64,000 nucleotides of DNA from positions 190,647 to 254,646 of the forward strand of contig CAYYSI010000001.1 of assembly GCA_964474435.1 (NCBI GenBank), given 5' to 3'. The DNA is from an uncultured Candidatus Saccharibacteria bacterium (GTDB taxonomy: Bacteria > Patescibacteriota > Minisyncoccia > Phycocordibacterales > UBA9973). Positions 39,449-48,521 of this stretch are shown one piece after another. Each line of letters opens with the position of its first letter. The first letter of the stretch is position 1. The position numbers and the translations under genes were made by a program. The notes below the pieces were generated by a model. That model was not told the DNA's origin, made no database searches, and saw only the letters and a list, made by a program, of their open reading frames with translations.

Positions 39449-40504
39449 ATGCAAAGCATTTTCATTATTATCGGCCTCGTTATCGGGGGCGCAGTCGTCT
39501 ATTTCATCACCAAAGGCAAGAAGTCACCGGTTGATGCCGAATCAACAACGGGCTTTTCGCTCCTCATGCAACAAGTCTCCGACCTCCAAAAGACTGTCGA
39601 TGCCAAACTTTCCGAAAGTGAACGGAGTATGCGCGAGAGCATGCAGCATCAGAGCTCACAATCTGCGAGAATCATTGGCGACATCACGGAACGCCTTGTC
39701 AGACTTGATGAGGGCAACAAACAAGTCATTGGCTTTGCCGAAGGACTCCAGCAACTCCAAGATATTTTGAAAAACCCAAAACAACGCGGCGTGCTTGGTG
39801 AATACTACCTCGAGACACTTTTGAAAAACATCATGCCGCCAAGCAGCTACGAAATGCAGTACAGCTTCCCTGACGGCACGATCGTCGACGCCGCAGTGTT
39901 TGTGAAAGACAAAGTGATCCCCGTCGACTCCAAGTTCTCCCTTGAAAACTACAATCGCATGATCGAAGAAAAAGAGCCGATGCGCAAAAAGGATCTCGCA
40001 AAGATATTTGAAAATGACCTCAAGAACCGCATTGCTGAGACAAGTAAATATATTCAACCCGAAAACAATACGATGGACTTCGCCTTTATGTTCATCCCCC
40101 ACGAAGCAATCTACTATGATCTCTTGGTGGGTACCGTCGGCACAGGAGATGAAGCCGAGAACTTGATCCAGCGGGCAGCAAGCAAGTATCGCGTTATCAT
40201 TGTGTCCCCTACCTCATTCCTTGCCTATCTGCAGACAGTGCTCCAAGGACTCAAGGCAATGCAGATCGAAGAGTCAGCCAAAGAGATCCGCAAGCGCGTC
40301 GATGAGCTGGGGCGACACCTCATGGCGTATGAGGAATACCACAACAAACTCGGCACCACCCTCAAGACCGTCGTGAACCATTACAACAGTGCTTCCAAAG
40401 AGCTCAAGAAGGTAGACAAAGATGTCATGCGCATCGCACAAACCGAAAGCGCGCTTGAACCTTTGGTCCTTGGGGATAGTGAGATCGAACGCACTACAGA
40501 ATAA
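39449..40504 (+). CDS. rmuC: DNA recombination protein RmuC
   Basis: N-terminal TM, RG.LGE, VDSKF, KYI, DFA.MFIP.E, SPTS. Confidence 0.92.
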   Translation: MQSIFIIIGLVIGGAVVYFITKGKKSPVDAESTTGFSLLMQQVSDLQKTVDAKLSESERSMRESMQHQSSQSARIIGDITERLVRLDEGNKQVIGFAEGLQQLQDILKNPKQRGVLGEYYLETLLKNIMPPSSYEMQYSFPDGTIVDAAVFVKDKVIPVDSKFSLENYNRMIEEKEPMRKKDLAKIFENDLKNRIAETSKYIQPENNTMDFAFMFIPHEAIYYDLLVGTVGTGDEAENLIQRAASKYRVIIVSPTSFLAYLQTVLQGLKAMQIEESAKEIRKRVDELGRHLMAYEEYHNKLGTTLKTVVNHYNSASKELKKVDKDVMRIAQTESALEPLVLGDSEIERTTE

Positions 40505-40510
40505 TCCATC

Positions 40511-40617
40511 ATAAATAAAAAATACCTTTTTGGAGTCGCGTATTTTTCTGCTGAAAAATCGCTGCTGCTCGGACCAGTCGTCCTGCGCAACACTCCAAAA
40601 AGGTATTTTTTATTTAT
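40511..40617. repeat. Long perfect inverted repeat with two internal hairpins
   Basis: 26/26 IR 40511-40536/40592-40617 between convergent genes. Confidence 0.75.
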
Positions 40618-40628
40618 TCAGCCAACAT

Positions 40629-41393
40629 TTACTTAAAGATTGCAGGATTTGCGATACCCTTGAACACTGATGTCGGTACCAAGATACTTTGCGTACCTGC
40701 TGCGTATGGCGCAACCTGGTATGCGTCAAAGATAAAGGTTACACCTGTATCGCTAATTACAAAGTTTTGATAATTTTCTGTCGTGCCTGCTGCGCCATCC
40801 TTAATCCATTCTGCATCACTGATATTTTTCTTGGTGATTTCTTTTTGGACAAATGTTGCGATTGTCTTGAGACCTGCTTCGCCGTTGGTAAACAGATCCT
40901 TGATACCTATCGCCTTGCCATTTTGGTCAAAGGCAAATGTGCGAGTTACTTGCAGGCCATGGGCGCCTCCAGTGTACGTCACAATGCTAAAGATGTACGT
41001 GTCGGCGTTGGTTGAACGGTCTTCGCGATAATCGACGTCGAGCGAGAGCGAGCCTTCAGATGCAGAATCAATACTAGGATCCATTGCCCATGAAGTGTCG
41101 TCTTTGAATGTTGCGATTTGGTCTTGGGCAAATGTTTTGAACTGGGCGTTGATGCGCTCATCGTTGGTCACCGGATACGCCACACTGATACTGTAGTATT
41201 GGTTTTCTTCTGCAATTGTTTCCTTTTTTACTTCAACTGACTGCCATGTGTCTCCAGTAGGGGTTGTCGTATCTGGTTGCTGTACAGTATCGACTGGTGG
41301 ATGCTGTTTGCTGTACCAGAAAAACCACGCAAGTGCTGCGACAATGACGATAGTGATGACGATGTATGCTTTTGAAGGTTTGTTGTTTTCCAT
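40629..41393 (-). CDS. RsiV/DUF3298-like membrane-anchored protein
   Basis: YTGGAHG, F..YQVAPYAAG. Confidence 0.85.
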   Translation of the reverse strand: MENNKPSKAYIVITIVIVAALAWFFWYSKQHPPVDTVQQPDTTTPTGDTWQSVEVKKETIAEENQYYSISVAYPVTNDERINAQFKTFAQDQIATFKDDTSWAMDPSIDSASEGSLSLDVDYREDRSTNADTYIFSIVTYTGGAHGLQVTRTFAFDQNGKAIGIKDLFTNGEAGLKTIATFVQKEITKKNISDAEWIKDGAAGTTENYQNFVISDTGVTFIFDAYQVAPYAAGTQSILVPTSVFKGIANPAIFK

Positions 41394-41399
41394 ATGAAT

Positions 41400-41864
41400 T
41401 TAAAAGGTTATTGGTATCGAAAGTGAGTTATCAAACTGCGGCTCTCCACTGGCATTATCTTTTTGGAGGATGAGGTAGCCAGTACTACCTGCTGGCTGCG
41501 GAGCGTAGTTGAGCGTCACGGCAAATGGGACATAGTTTGCTGTCATCCAGTCCCCTTGTGCAGTCGCCGGAGCTTCTACGAGCACATTGCCCACACTATC
41601 GACAAGTCGCACTGGAAACGATGCCTCAAAGTACCATCCACCACGAGCCTTGCCTTTGACCACCAATGGTGACCCGATCTTGCTCTGCGGCAGTGGCGTG
41701 TCGACAATGATGAGGTCATCCTTTTGTGCAGGTGCACTTTCGGGGGCAAGCGTGGCAGGACTTGCTGGACCCGTAACCATCGGTGCAGTCGCATACTTGA
41801 ACAAGAGCCAGAACAAAAGCCCAAAAATGATAACAAAAAAGACTACGGCATATCGTTTCTTCAT
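41400..41864 (-). CDS. Gmad2 immunoglobulin-like domain protein
   Basis: SPL.V.GKARG.WYFEASF, DWMT, DN.SG. Confidence 0.85.
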   Translation of the reverse strand: MKKRYAVVFFVIIFGLLFWLLFKYATAPMVTGPASPATLAPESAPAQKDDLIIVDTPLPQSKIGSPLVVKGKARGGWYFEASFPVRLVDSVGNVLVEAPATAQGDWMTANYVPFAVTLNYAPQPAGSTGYLILQKDNASGEPQFDNSLSIPITF

Positions 41865-41917
41865 ATGCTTGAATTATACACCCTCACAAGCTATAGTATG
41901 CAAGCACGACACACACT

Positions 41918-41983
41918 GGCCCTATCGTCCCCGCCTGCTCCCGACCATCGGGAGGGCGGGCAGGTATCGGTTAGGACAAATCC
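41918..41983 (+). pseudogene. Duplicated 5' half of tRNA-Glu interrupted by a 35-bp hairpin
   Basis: 41918-41929 plus 41965-41983 match nt 1-31 of the tRNA at 42228 at 28/31. Confidence 0.8.
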
Positions 41984-41985
41984 GC

Positions 41986-42249
41986 ATGTATTATATATAC
42001 GTTTTGAAAAGTAAGAAGGATCTGAAATATTATTATGGTCTTACTGTTGACTTAGGTAAAAGAGTAAGAGAACATAATAATGGTTCTGTAAAGTCGACCA
42101 AACCAAGAGCACCTTTTGAGTTGATATATTTTGAAACAACAGAAACGTTGCCAGATGCACGTAAGCGTGAAAAATATTTCAAAAGTGGTTTTGGAAGAAA
42201 ATACGTGCAGGGTAAAATTAAAGACATGGCCCCATCGTCTAACGGTTAG
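41986..42249 (+). CDS. Stand-alone GIY-YIG endonuclease
   Basis: YIYVL...YYG.T..L.KR..EHN, E....A.KRE...K; 3' end overlaps the tRNA-Glu 5' end. Confidence 0.9.
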   Translation: MYYIYVLKSKKDLKYYYGLTVDLGKRVREHNNGSVKSTKPRAPFELIYFETTETLPDARKREKYFKSGFGRKYVQGKIKDMAPSSNG

Positions 42250-42299
42250 GACGAATCCTTCTCAAGGATTAAATCGGAGTTCGATTCTCCGTGGGGTCA
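42228..42299 (+). tRNA. tRNA-Glu(CTC)
   Basis: GGCCCCA/TGGGGTC acceptor stem, AATCC-TT-CTC-AA-GGATT, GAGTTCGATTCTC T arm. Confidence 0.93.
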
Positions 42300-42359
42300 C
42301 AGCAACAAGAAAACACGCCATCATGCGTGTTTTCTCTAAGTTGTTTTCATATTGAATAA

Positions 42360-42521
42360 TTAGAGTACAGTAATCCCCATTGCCCCAAGGACTGAACGTA
42401 CCTTGGTGAGACCTTTGGTCATTGAACCCTTTTTGTAGCCGAGTCGCCGGGCTACTGCGATCAGATTGAGCTTCCCCGTCATCCATCGACGCTGGAGAAG
42501 CTTTTGTTGTTTGGTAAGCAT
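42360..42521 (-). CDS. 53-aa basic HTH-like protein, absent from the ORF track
   Basis: MLTKQQKLLQRRWMTGKLNLIAVARRLGYKKGSMTKGLTKVRSVLGAMGITVL*. Confidence 0.55.
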   Translation of the reverse strand: MLTKQQKLLQRRWMTGKLNLIAVARRLGYKKGSMTKGLTKVRSVLGAMGITVL

Positions 42522-42769
42522 TGTGTAGATAGATAGTTACTAATAATGTAAGTACTAGTACCGTTCATACCTAGCCAAATAGCTATGTGTACCAACTGAT
42601 GTTGATAATTTCTCCTCTTATTTTCATTAATGTACCGATGTTATCTCTAGTATTTCATACTGATTTTCCCGCGCAACCACACGCTGGGGAAAAATGAAAA
42701 TAATGCTTGTATATCAAGGGACTTTCTATTTTTTATTTTCGTGGTATGCTGCAGAAAAATGATCTTTAT

Positions 42770-43450
42770 ATGAAACAAACACAACTCTTTTTCCCTCAGT
42801 ATGCAATACCGACCTCTACACAACTACATGGCAATGTACTGTATTACCTCACCGGACTCTTGGATGCTGACTGGTATATCGATGGTATAGATATGATCAA
42901 TACCTACGATCCAGGCTGCTCTATTGCTTCTTTCAAGGATTATCCCGAAGACCATGCCCGACTACAAAGGTATGTCGTCCGAAAAAACACTTTTATTCCT
43001 TATGCCAATAAAAACGAATGGGATACGATCACGACCAGTTTAGCTGCGCAACATGGCGTAGTGCTCGTATGGATTCATAAGGATACTGATCAGTACAAAG
43101 CTGTTGCCGAACTTACGACATTGATCAGCTCACTCGTTGAGCAAAAGCGTACTCAGAAAAAAGATTTGGAGATTTCGTCACTACCAGTATTTCAAATAAA
43201 TATTGTTATTGGTATCGAAGACTCTCGTCAGGCCAAGGCGTTGGAACAACAGTTAAGTTTCAAGTATGGCAAAAGGTTCCCAGTACACACAACCCTGACA
43301 GCTACCGTATCTCACACTATCAATCTCCAAAAACTACAGCGCTTAAAAGCTATTGAGCGATCTATCTCTTTGGAGAAATTTGAACGATTTAATGCATTTG
43401 TCACTCGGTACAAACTTAAAAGAAAAATTGCTGGCACTACCATACGGTAG
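42770..43450 (+). CDS. Divergent nucleoside-deoxyribosyltransferase-like fold protein
   Basis: YYLTG..W, W...L....GVVLVW, AEL, IVIGIE, P...TL pattern. Confidence 0.5.
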   Translation: MKQTQLFFPQYAIPTSTQLHGNVLYYLTGLLDADWYIDGIDMINTYDPGCSIASFKDYPEDHARLQRYVVRKNTFIPYANKNEWDTITTSLAAQHGVVLVWIHKDTDQYKAVAELTTLISSLVEQKRTQKKDLEISSLPVFQINIVIGIEDSRQAKALEQQLSFKYGKRFPVHTTLTATVSHTINLQKLQRLKAIERSISLEKFERFNAFVTRYKLKRKIAGTTIR

Positions 43451-43489
43451 TGCTTTTTAATTAAAAAAACACTACGTGGGTAGTGCTTT

Positions 43490-43738
43490 TTATACTAGTA
43501 CTATGCAAGCATGTTTGGGAAATCCAAGTAACCCTCCTTTTATTTTTTCTTCATAGTACTCTACGGCTTTTATTTTTCCTGCATATTTTAATGCAAGCAT
43601 TCCTGATGAAAATGCTATCTGACGATTATATGTTTCAACACAAGGAATAGTGTATTGAATATCTACATTAATCCATGCAGTTTTTATATATTCTGGAAAT
43701 GGACCGTACAGTGCTTGAGTAATTCGAAGCTTTGCCAT
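43490..43738 (-). CDS. Hypothetical protein
   Basis: 82-aa AT-rich ORF converging on a shared terminator. Confidence 0.6.
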   Translation of the reverse strand: MAKLRITQALYGPFPEYIKTAWINVDIQYTIPCVETYNRQIAFSSGMLALKYAGKIKAVEYYEEKIKGGLLGFPKHACIVLV

Positions 43739-43788
43739 GTTGTATCAATTTTGATTCGATACTACCTATTTAAGAGGGATAAGTCAAT

Positions 43789-44454
43789 TTAGAGCTCTGC
43801 AGGAATCTCAACTGGTTGTTCAACGATTGCTTGGGGTGCAGCAGTTTGGTACTGGGCAAGAAGTATGACATAGAGCTTGGCGACGAGAATACTTGCAAGC
43901 GGGTATGCAATGAGAATACCGATACCGAGCGCAATAAATCCGAGAATGTAGAGTCCCACAGCAATCAGCATCACCCAAAATATTTTCCAGAAATGACCTT
44001 TTGTCATATTCCATGAAAACCGAAGTGATGCGCGAACACCTTCTTTGCGATCAAGGTAGGAAAAGTTGCTAAATGATAACCGAACTGCGACATAGATTCC
44101 TGGAAGAATAAGGAGAATAAATCCGCACAATGTAAGAAGGCCACCAAGAATAGCGATGCCGATAATCGTCAAAAACTCTCGCACACTTGGAAGCATGTCT
44201 TGGATTGAACCAATGAGGAGTTTGCCTTCATCATTGCGTGCGGCCGCGAGCGACACCTTCATCCATACGATCGCCCACACCATTGATGCAATACCAATAA
44301 CACACGAAAGGAGCCATGGGATATGTGTGCTGTTGCCTGTAATACCCAAAGCGATAGATATAGTAGAAACCGTCAGGAAGAATTTGAGATGTTTCTTAAA
44401 GAGTGCCCAAGCCTCTCTGAGTGTGCTGCCAATAGAAAAAGTGAATGTGTTCAT
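43789..44454 (-). CDS. Integral membrane protein
   Basis: Multiple TMs, LPGIY...R.SF, SW..TKG. Confidence 0.85.
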   Translation of the reverse strand: MNTFTFSIGSTLREAWALFKKHLKFFLTVSTISIALGITGNSTHIPWLLSCVIGIASMVWAIVWMKVSLAAARNDEGKLLIGSIQDMLPSVREFLTIIGIAILGGLLTLCGFILLILPGIYVAVRLSFSNFSYLDRKEGVRASLRFSWNMTKGHFWKIFWVMLIAVGLYILGFIALGIGILIAYPLASILVAKLYVILLAQYQTAAPQAIVEQPVEIPAEL

Positions 44455-44459
44455 AAGAT

Positions 44460-46172
44460 TTAGCGATCTGGCGCAATGCCGTAATAATTGTTCATGAACT
44501 GTACCATATTGAAGAATGGGTCAGCAAGCGTCTGGATCGCAAAGAGTGCGCCCTTGGGGTAGACGTTAAAGAGGTAGAGCACGTAGCGTGGCTTGCTTGC
44601 TGGGAAGAATCCGATGAGCGAGTGCAGGTTGCGATCAGTGTAGTACCCACTGCCATCAGTACGCGCGATCTGGGCCGTACCAGTCTTGGCGGCGACAGTG
44701 TAGTGCGGCAGGCCTTTGTGGTAGCCATCGTCGACGACGTGCACGAGCATGTTGGTGATCGTCGAGACGGTTTCTGGTTTGAGTACGCGCACACCTTCGG
44801 GGTACTCGATGTCAGTAATCGTGCCATTTGCTTCAATGATCTTTGAGGCAATGTGAGGGGTCACGAGTGTCCCCCCGTTTGCGATCGACGCAAAGCCGCG
44901 CACGATGTTGATCGGACTCGTCGCAATACCTTGTCCAAAGGATGCGGCTGCATAGTTGATGTCGTTGCTGTCCTTGAGACTGCCGACTGCCCCATTGACC
45001 TCGCCCGGCAGATCGATGCCAGTCTTTTCACCAAGTTTGTATTTGTTCACGAGATACTCCTTAAACGTTGCCTTGCCCATTTTCTGCTCCACAAAGATCA
45101 TGCCCGTGTTGAGGGATTCATTGAGCACGCGCTGCATGGTCACGTTGTTGCCGCGGCCGACCTTGTCGAAGTTGTTGAGGGTCTTGCCATCTATCGTGAT
45201 CGATCCTTTGTCGTTGTAGGTCGTCGCTGGAGTCACGGCGCCCACATCGATCGCACCTGCCATCACGAGAGGCTTCACAATAGATCCCATTTCGTATCGA
45301 CTTTGTGCAAAGGGGTTGTTGTAGGTGCTTGGATCTTTGACGGAGCCATAGGCATTGAGGTCAAAGTTGGGCGCTGCTGCCATCGCAATGATGTCACCAG
45401 TGTATGGATCCATGATCACTCCACCCACTGAGTCACTGCCCCATTTCTGCTGTACCTCAGATACTGCTTGCTCGAGCTGGGATTGTACCGTGGGCTCGAT
45501 GGTGGTCACGATGTCGCCGGTGGACGCAGTATTTTTGAAAATAGTCGACTGCATATTGGCAAAGATTTCTGCAAAGAAGTTTACATAAAAGTTGCCTGCA
45601 TCACGCGAGAGGACGTCGTTGTAGTATTCTTCGAGTCCATAACTTCCCGAAAGTGAGCTGCCTTTAAATGAGACGAACCCGATCGTGCGTGCCGCAAGAG
45701 TCCCGCCTGGATAAAATCTCCATTTTTCTCGCACGAGACTCACCCCTGCAAGTTTCTTGGCGGTGATGGCCGCTGCTGCTTTTTCGGATACATGGACTGC
45801 GACTTCTTCGTATGGGTCTTTTTTCTTTGCGGCCTTTTCAAAAAACGTCTCGCGCTCTATCGGTGTTATGGCATTGATCGCATCAAATGTTGCTTGTTCG
45901 TCCTTGATGAGGTTTGGGACAATGGCGATCTTGAACCCATTGGCAACGGTGGCTGCAGCAACCGTCGTACCGTCCTTGCTGGTGAAATACACATTGCCGC
46001 GATCAAAGCTGTCAGCGGATGGCGTCACGTACTGATGCTCTGCTCGATCTTTATAAAAACTTGCGTTGATGATCTGTAATGAAAAAAGCCGTCCGATCAC
46101 CAAAAGGCCAATCGCGATAACAATCCCGATGATGATGCGAATCCGGCGTCGATGTATCTTAGCGTCCAACAT
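44460..46172 (-). CDS. ftsI: Class B penicillin-binding protein (FtsI-like)
   Basis: RG dimerisation domain, SIVK, SLN, KTGT; mraZ-rsmH-ftsL context. Confidence 0.88.
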   Translation of the reverse strand: MLDAKIHRRRIRIIIGIVIAIGLLVIGRLFSLQIINASFYKDRAEHQYVTPSADSFDRGNVYFTSKDGTTVAAATVANGFKIAIVPNLIKDEQATFDAINAITPIERETFFEKAAKKKDPYEEVAVHVSEKAAAAITAKKLAGVSLVREKWRFYPGGTLAARTIGFVSFKGSSLSGSYGLEEYYNDVLSRDAGNFYVNFFAEIFANMQSTIFKNTASTGDIVTTIEPTVQSQLEQAVSEVQQKWGSDSVGGVIMDPYTGDIIAMAAAPNFDLNAYGSVKDPSTYNNPFAQSRYEMGSIVKPLVMAGAIDVGAVTPATTYNDKGSITIDGKTLNNFDKVGRGNNVTMQRVLNESLNTGMIFVEQKMGKATFKEYLVNKYKLGEKTGIDLPGEVNGAVGSLKDSNDINYAAASFGQGIATSPINIVRGFASIANGGTLVTPHIASKIIEANGTITDIEYPEGVRVLKPETVSTITNMLVHVVDDGYHKGLPHYTVAAKTGTAQIARTDGSGYYTDRNLHSLIGFFPASKPRYVLYLFNVYPKGALFAIQTLADPFFNMVQFMNNYYGIAPDR

Positions 46173-46500
46173 TCCACGCAAAGGCTTTTTGCGGTGCAGC
46201 AAATGACACCGAGTCAGTAGTAATGAAGCCCGTGCTGTGTGCGTATTCTTTGGTCAGACTTTTTTGTGAAGAAAGGAACTCAAGCTCCTGCTGTCCCATC
46301 GTCGAGATCAATGATTTGGTGTCTTGTTCAAGTCCTCGTTCCTTGATGACAGAGAATGTAATTGCACCGACGAAATACAAATAGCATGCAAAGAATACTC
46401 CTGCACTCATCCAACTATATACGGCGATTGATTTCAATGTCTTGTTTATATCAAGGGTACTTGCGGCGTCGATGGTCTTTTTGGTAATAGTGTTGATCAT
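46159..46500 (-). CDS. FtsL-like bitopic protein
   Basis: TM plus coiled coil plus A...GF, between rsmH and the PBP. Confidence 0.65.
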   Translation of the reverse strand: MINTITKKTIDAASTLDINKTLKSIAVYSWMSAGVFFACYLYFVGAITFSVIKERGLEQDTKSLISTMGQQELEFLSSQKSLTKEYAHSTGFITTDSVSFAAPQKAFAWNVGR

Positions 46501-47390
46501 TTCTCTATTGTTTTTTCGAGTATCCGGAGCTTGGCGCTACGACTTCGAGGGTTAGCTTGTAATTCGACAGTACTTGCGACGATAGGTTTCTTGGTGATAA
46601 CGCGTTCATGCGTTTGGGTTTTCATCCATTGCTTCACAATGCGATCTTCGAGAGAGTGAAAGGTAATGACGGCGATGCGACCTCCGGGGAGTATTCGACT
46701 CCACCATGCGTCCAGGGCCTCTTTGAGGACTCCGAGCTCATCGTTTACGGCGATGCGGAATGCTTGGAAGGTCTTGGTTGCTGGGTGAATGCGCCCTCGA
46801 CTTTTGAATGCTGCCTTGATGATGTCGGCAAGCTGAAGCGAGGTTTTGATCTCGCCCAACTCTCGTGCTTCGACAATTGCACGAGCAATCTTGCGACTGC
46901 TTCGGTCTTCGCCATAGGCGTAGATGATGTCGGCGATTGATTCTTCTTCCCAACTGTTTACGATATCTGAGGCAGTAAACCCCGTATGTGAACCGTTTTC
47001 TGAGAACGCCATGGATAATGGTGCATCAGATTGGAATGAAAATCCGCGAGTGTCAGCGAGCAGCTGAAATGTGCTCGTCCCGAGATCAAGCAATACTTTG
47101 TTGACTGCTTTTTTGCCGGTAACAGCCAGTATCGTATCTGCATCTTTGAAGTTGGCATGGACAAACATCGCGTGCTTATTAAATCCGATGACTTCTTTGT
47201 AGCGCTCTTGTGCCGCTTCATCGAGGTCAACACAGATGAGCGCAATGTCGTCATGCTCGTCGAGCATCGTGCGTGAATGTCCGCCTCCACCAAATGTCCC
47301 GTCGACAATGATGTCGCCTGGTGCAATGGCGAGGCCGTCAATACTTTCGTGTAAAAGGACAGGTATATGCAGTGACGTATGTGTGCTCAT
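46497..47390 (-). CDS. rsmH: 16S rRNA m4C1402 methyltransferase
   Basis: HIPVLL, GGGHS, FQA.RIAVN.EL, FHSLEDR, NPRSRSAKLR. Confidence 0.96.
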   Translation of the reverse strand: MSTHTSLHIPVLLHESIDGLAIAPGDIIVDGTFGGGGHSRTMLDEHDDIALICVDLDEAAQERYKEVIGFNKHAMFVHANFKDADTILAVTGKKAVNKVLLDLGTSTFQLLADTRGFSFQSDAPLSMAFSENGSHTGFTASDIVNSWEEESIADIIYAYGEDRSSRKIARAIVEARELGEIKTSLQLADIIKAAFKSRGRIHPATKTFQAFRIAVNDELGVLKEALDAWWSRILPGGRIAVITFHSLEDRIVKQWMKTQTHERVITKKPIVASTVELQANPRSRSAKLRILEKTIEK

Positions 47391-47392
47391 AG

Positions 47393-47824
47393 CTAGAGAA
47401 CTCCGATTGTGCCGAGATGGTTGGCGAGCTTGTCAGCCTTGGTCTCCACATCGCGCTTGTACGCCTTCCATGTTGTCTCTTCCCACAGTTCAACACGGGT
47501 GTACAAGCCGACGATCGCGACCTTGTCTTTGATGCCGAGCTTCTCCTTGAGTACTTCGGGGATCAAGATGCGGCCATTGGCGTCCACTGCGACTTCGGAC
47601 GCCCCTCCAATGAGGTAGCGACTGAAGCTTCGGTTTTCTTCTTGCAATGAGCCTTCGGCGAGCCGATCCACGGTCTTTTTCCATTGAGCAGGTGTAAACA
47701 CAAAGAGAGATTTCTCAATCCCAGGTGCTATCACAACCGACTTGCCCATTTCCTTGCGGAACTTGATGGGAAAGGATAGTCGGTTTTTGTCGTCGATGGA
47801 ATGGATATATTCGCCAATTAACAT
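47393..47824 (-). CDS. mraZ: Transcriptional regulator MraZ
   Basis: GEY.H.ID.K.R..P, D..GRI.IP, ELW. Confidence 0.95.
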   Translation of the reverse strand: MLIGEYIHSIDDKNRLSFPIKFRKEMGKSVVIAPGIEKSLFVFTPAQWKKTVDRLAEGSLQEENRSFSRYLIGGASEVAVDANGRILIPEVLKEKLGIKDKVAIVGLYTRVELWEETTWKAYKRDVETKADKLANHLGTIGVL

Positions 47825-47848
47825 TTCGTAACTCACTTTCTCTATTTA

Positions 47849-47892
47849 CCACTTCTTCCCACTTGTACCCATTATACCCCACCTTGCTCCCC
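47849..47892 (-). promoter_or_regulatory. MraZ-binding direct repeats
   Basis: GTGG-like boxes with exact 10-bp period at 47849, 47859, 47869, 47879 and 47889, upstream of mraZ. Confidence 0.8.
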
Positions 47893-48034
47893 TGCTGCAA
47901 AGGAATGGGTGTGGATAAAGGAGGTGTCAAAGTGATTATTGACAAATATATAAAATATGCTAAAATAATATCAGTTAGAGAGATTCTAACTTTGGTAGTG
48001 GGTTTTCCCTATCAATATTCAAAAACTGAATAAA

Positions 48035-48457
48035 ATGTTCTCTAAAAAGAAAAAAGTGAGAGAAGTTTTCCTCACAAAGTCATCAATCGCTGTTTTGGAT
48101 ATTGCAAAACAGATCCTTACATTTATATTGAAACGTAAAAAATTTGAATTAATTCATATTCATGTGAATTTTTTTGAAAAAGAATCTCAAAATCAAAAAG
48201 TTGAAGCTGCCGTATATTTTAAGTACGCTTCATGTAGTATAGAATTCACACTTACTTTCTGGATCAAAGAAAGCTATAACATGTGGAAATCTTTACCGAA
48301 TGGTTCAGTGCTCGTTGAGCATTACAACAAGACCGACAGCTTCTATTTAGCTTTCATGGATGAAGATGGGTCTGTTACCTTTAGTGATCTTGAGGATGAG
48401 AAAAAACTTAAAGATTTACAGCGTAGATTAGCTGAAATCTATCCTCAATCTCCTTAA
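48035..48457 (+). CDS. Hypothetical protein (solo cassette)
   Basis: AT-rich ORF with TTGACA...TAAAAT promoter and a terminator. Confidence 0.7.
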   Translation: MFSKKKKVREVFLTKSSIAVLDIAKQILTFILKRKKFELIHIHVNFFEKESQNQKVEAAVYFKYASCSIEFTLTFWIKESYNMWKSLPNGSVLVEHYNKTDSFYLAFMDEDGSVTFSDLEDEKKLKDLQRRLAEIYPQSP

Positions 48458-48521
48458 GATTAGGGAGTAAAAATTAGAATTGAAAAACCCCGACCATAAA
48501 TCGGGGTTTTATTTATTCAAT

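Noticed and set aside
41587-41985. Long N-terminal extension of the GIY-YIG ORF
   Set aside because: It overlaps the antisense Gmad2 gene and the tRNA remnant; the domain begins at ATG 41986
41918-42299. Group I intron or split tRNA interpretation
   Set aside because: The downstream tRNA is complete by itself and no intron core structure is visible; this is a duplication
47910-47918. Replication origin
   Set aside because: Only one DnaA box, no dnaA/dnaN nearby and no change in gene orientation
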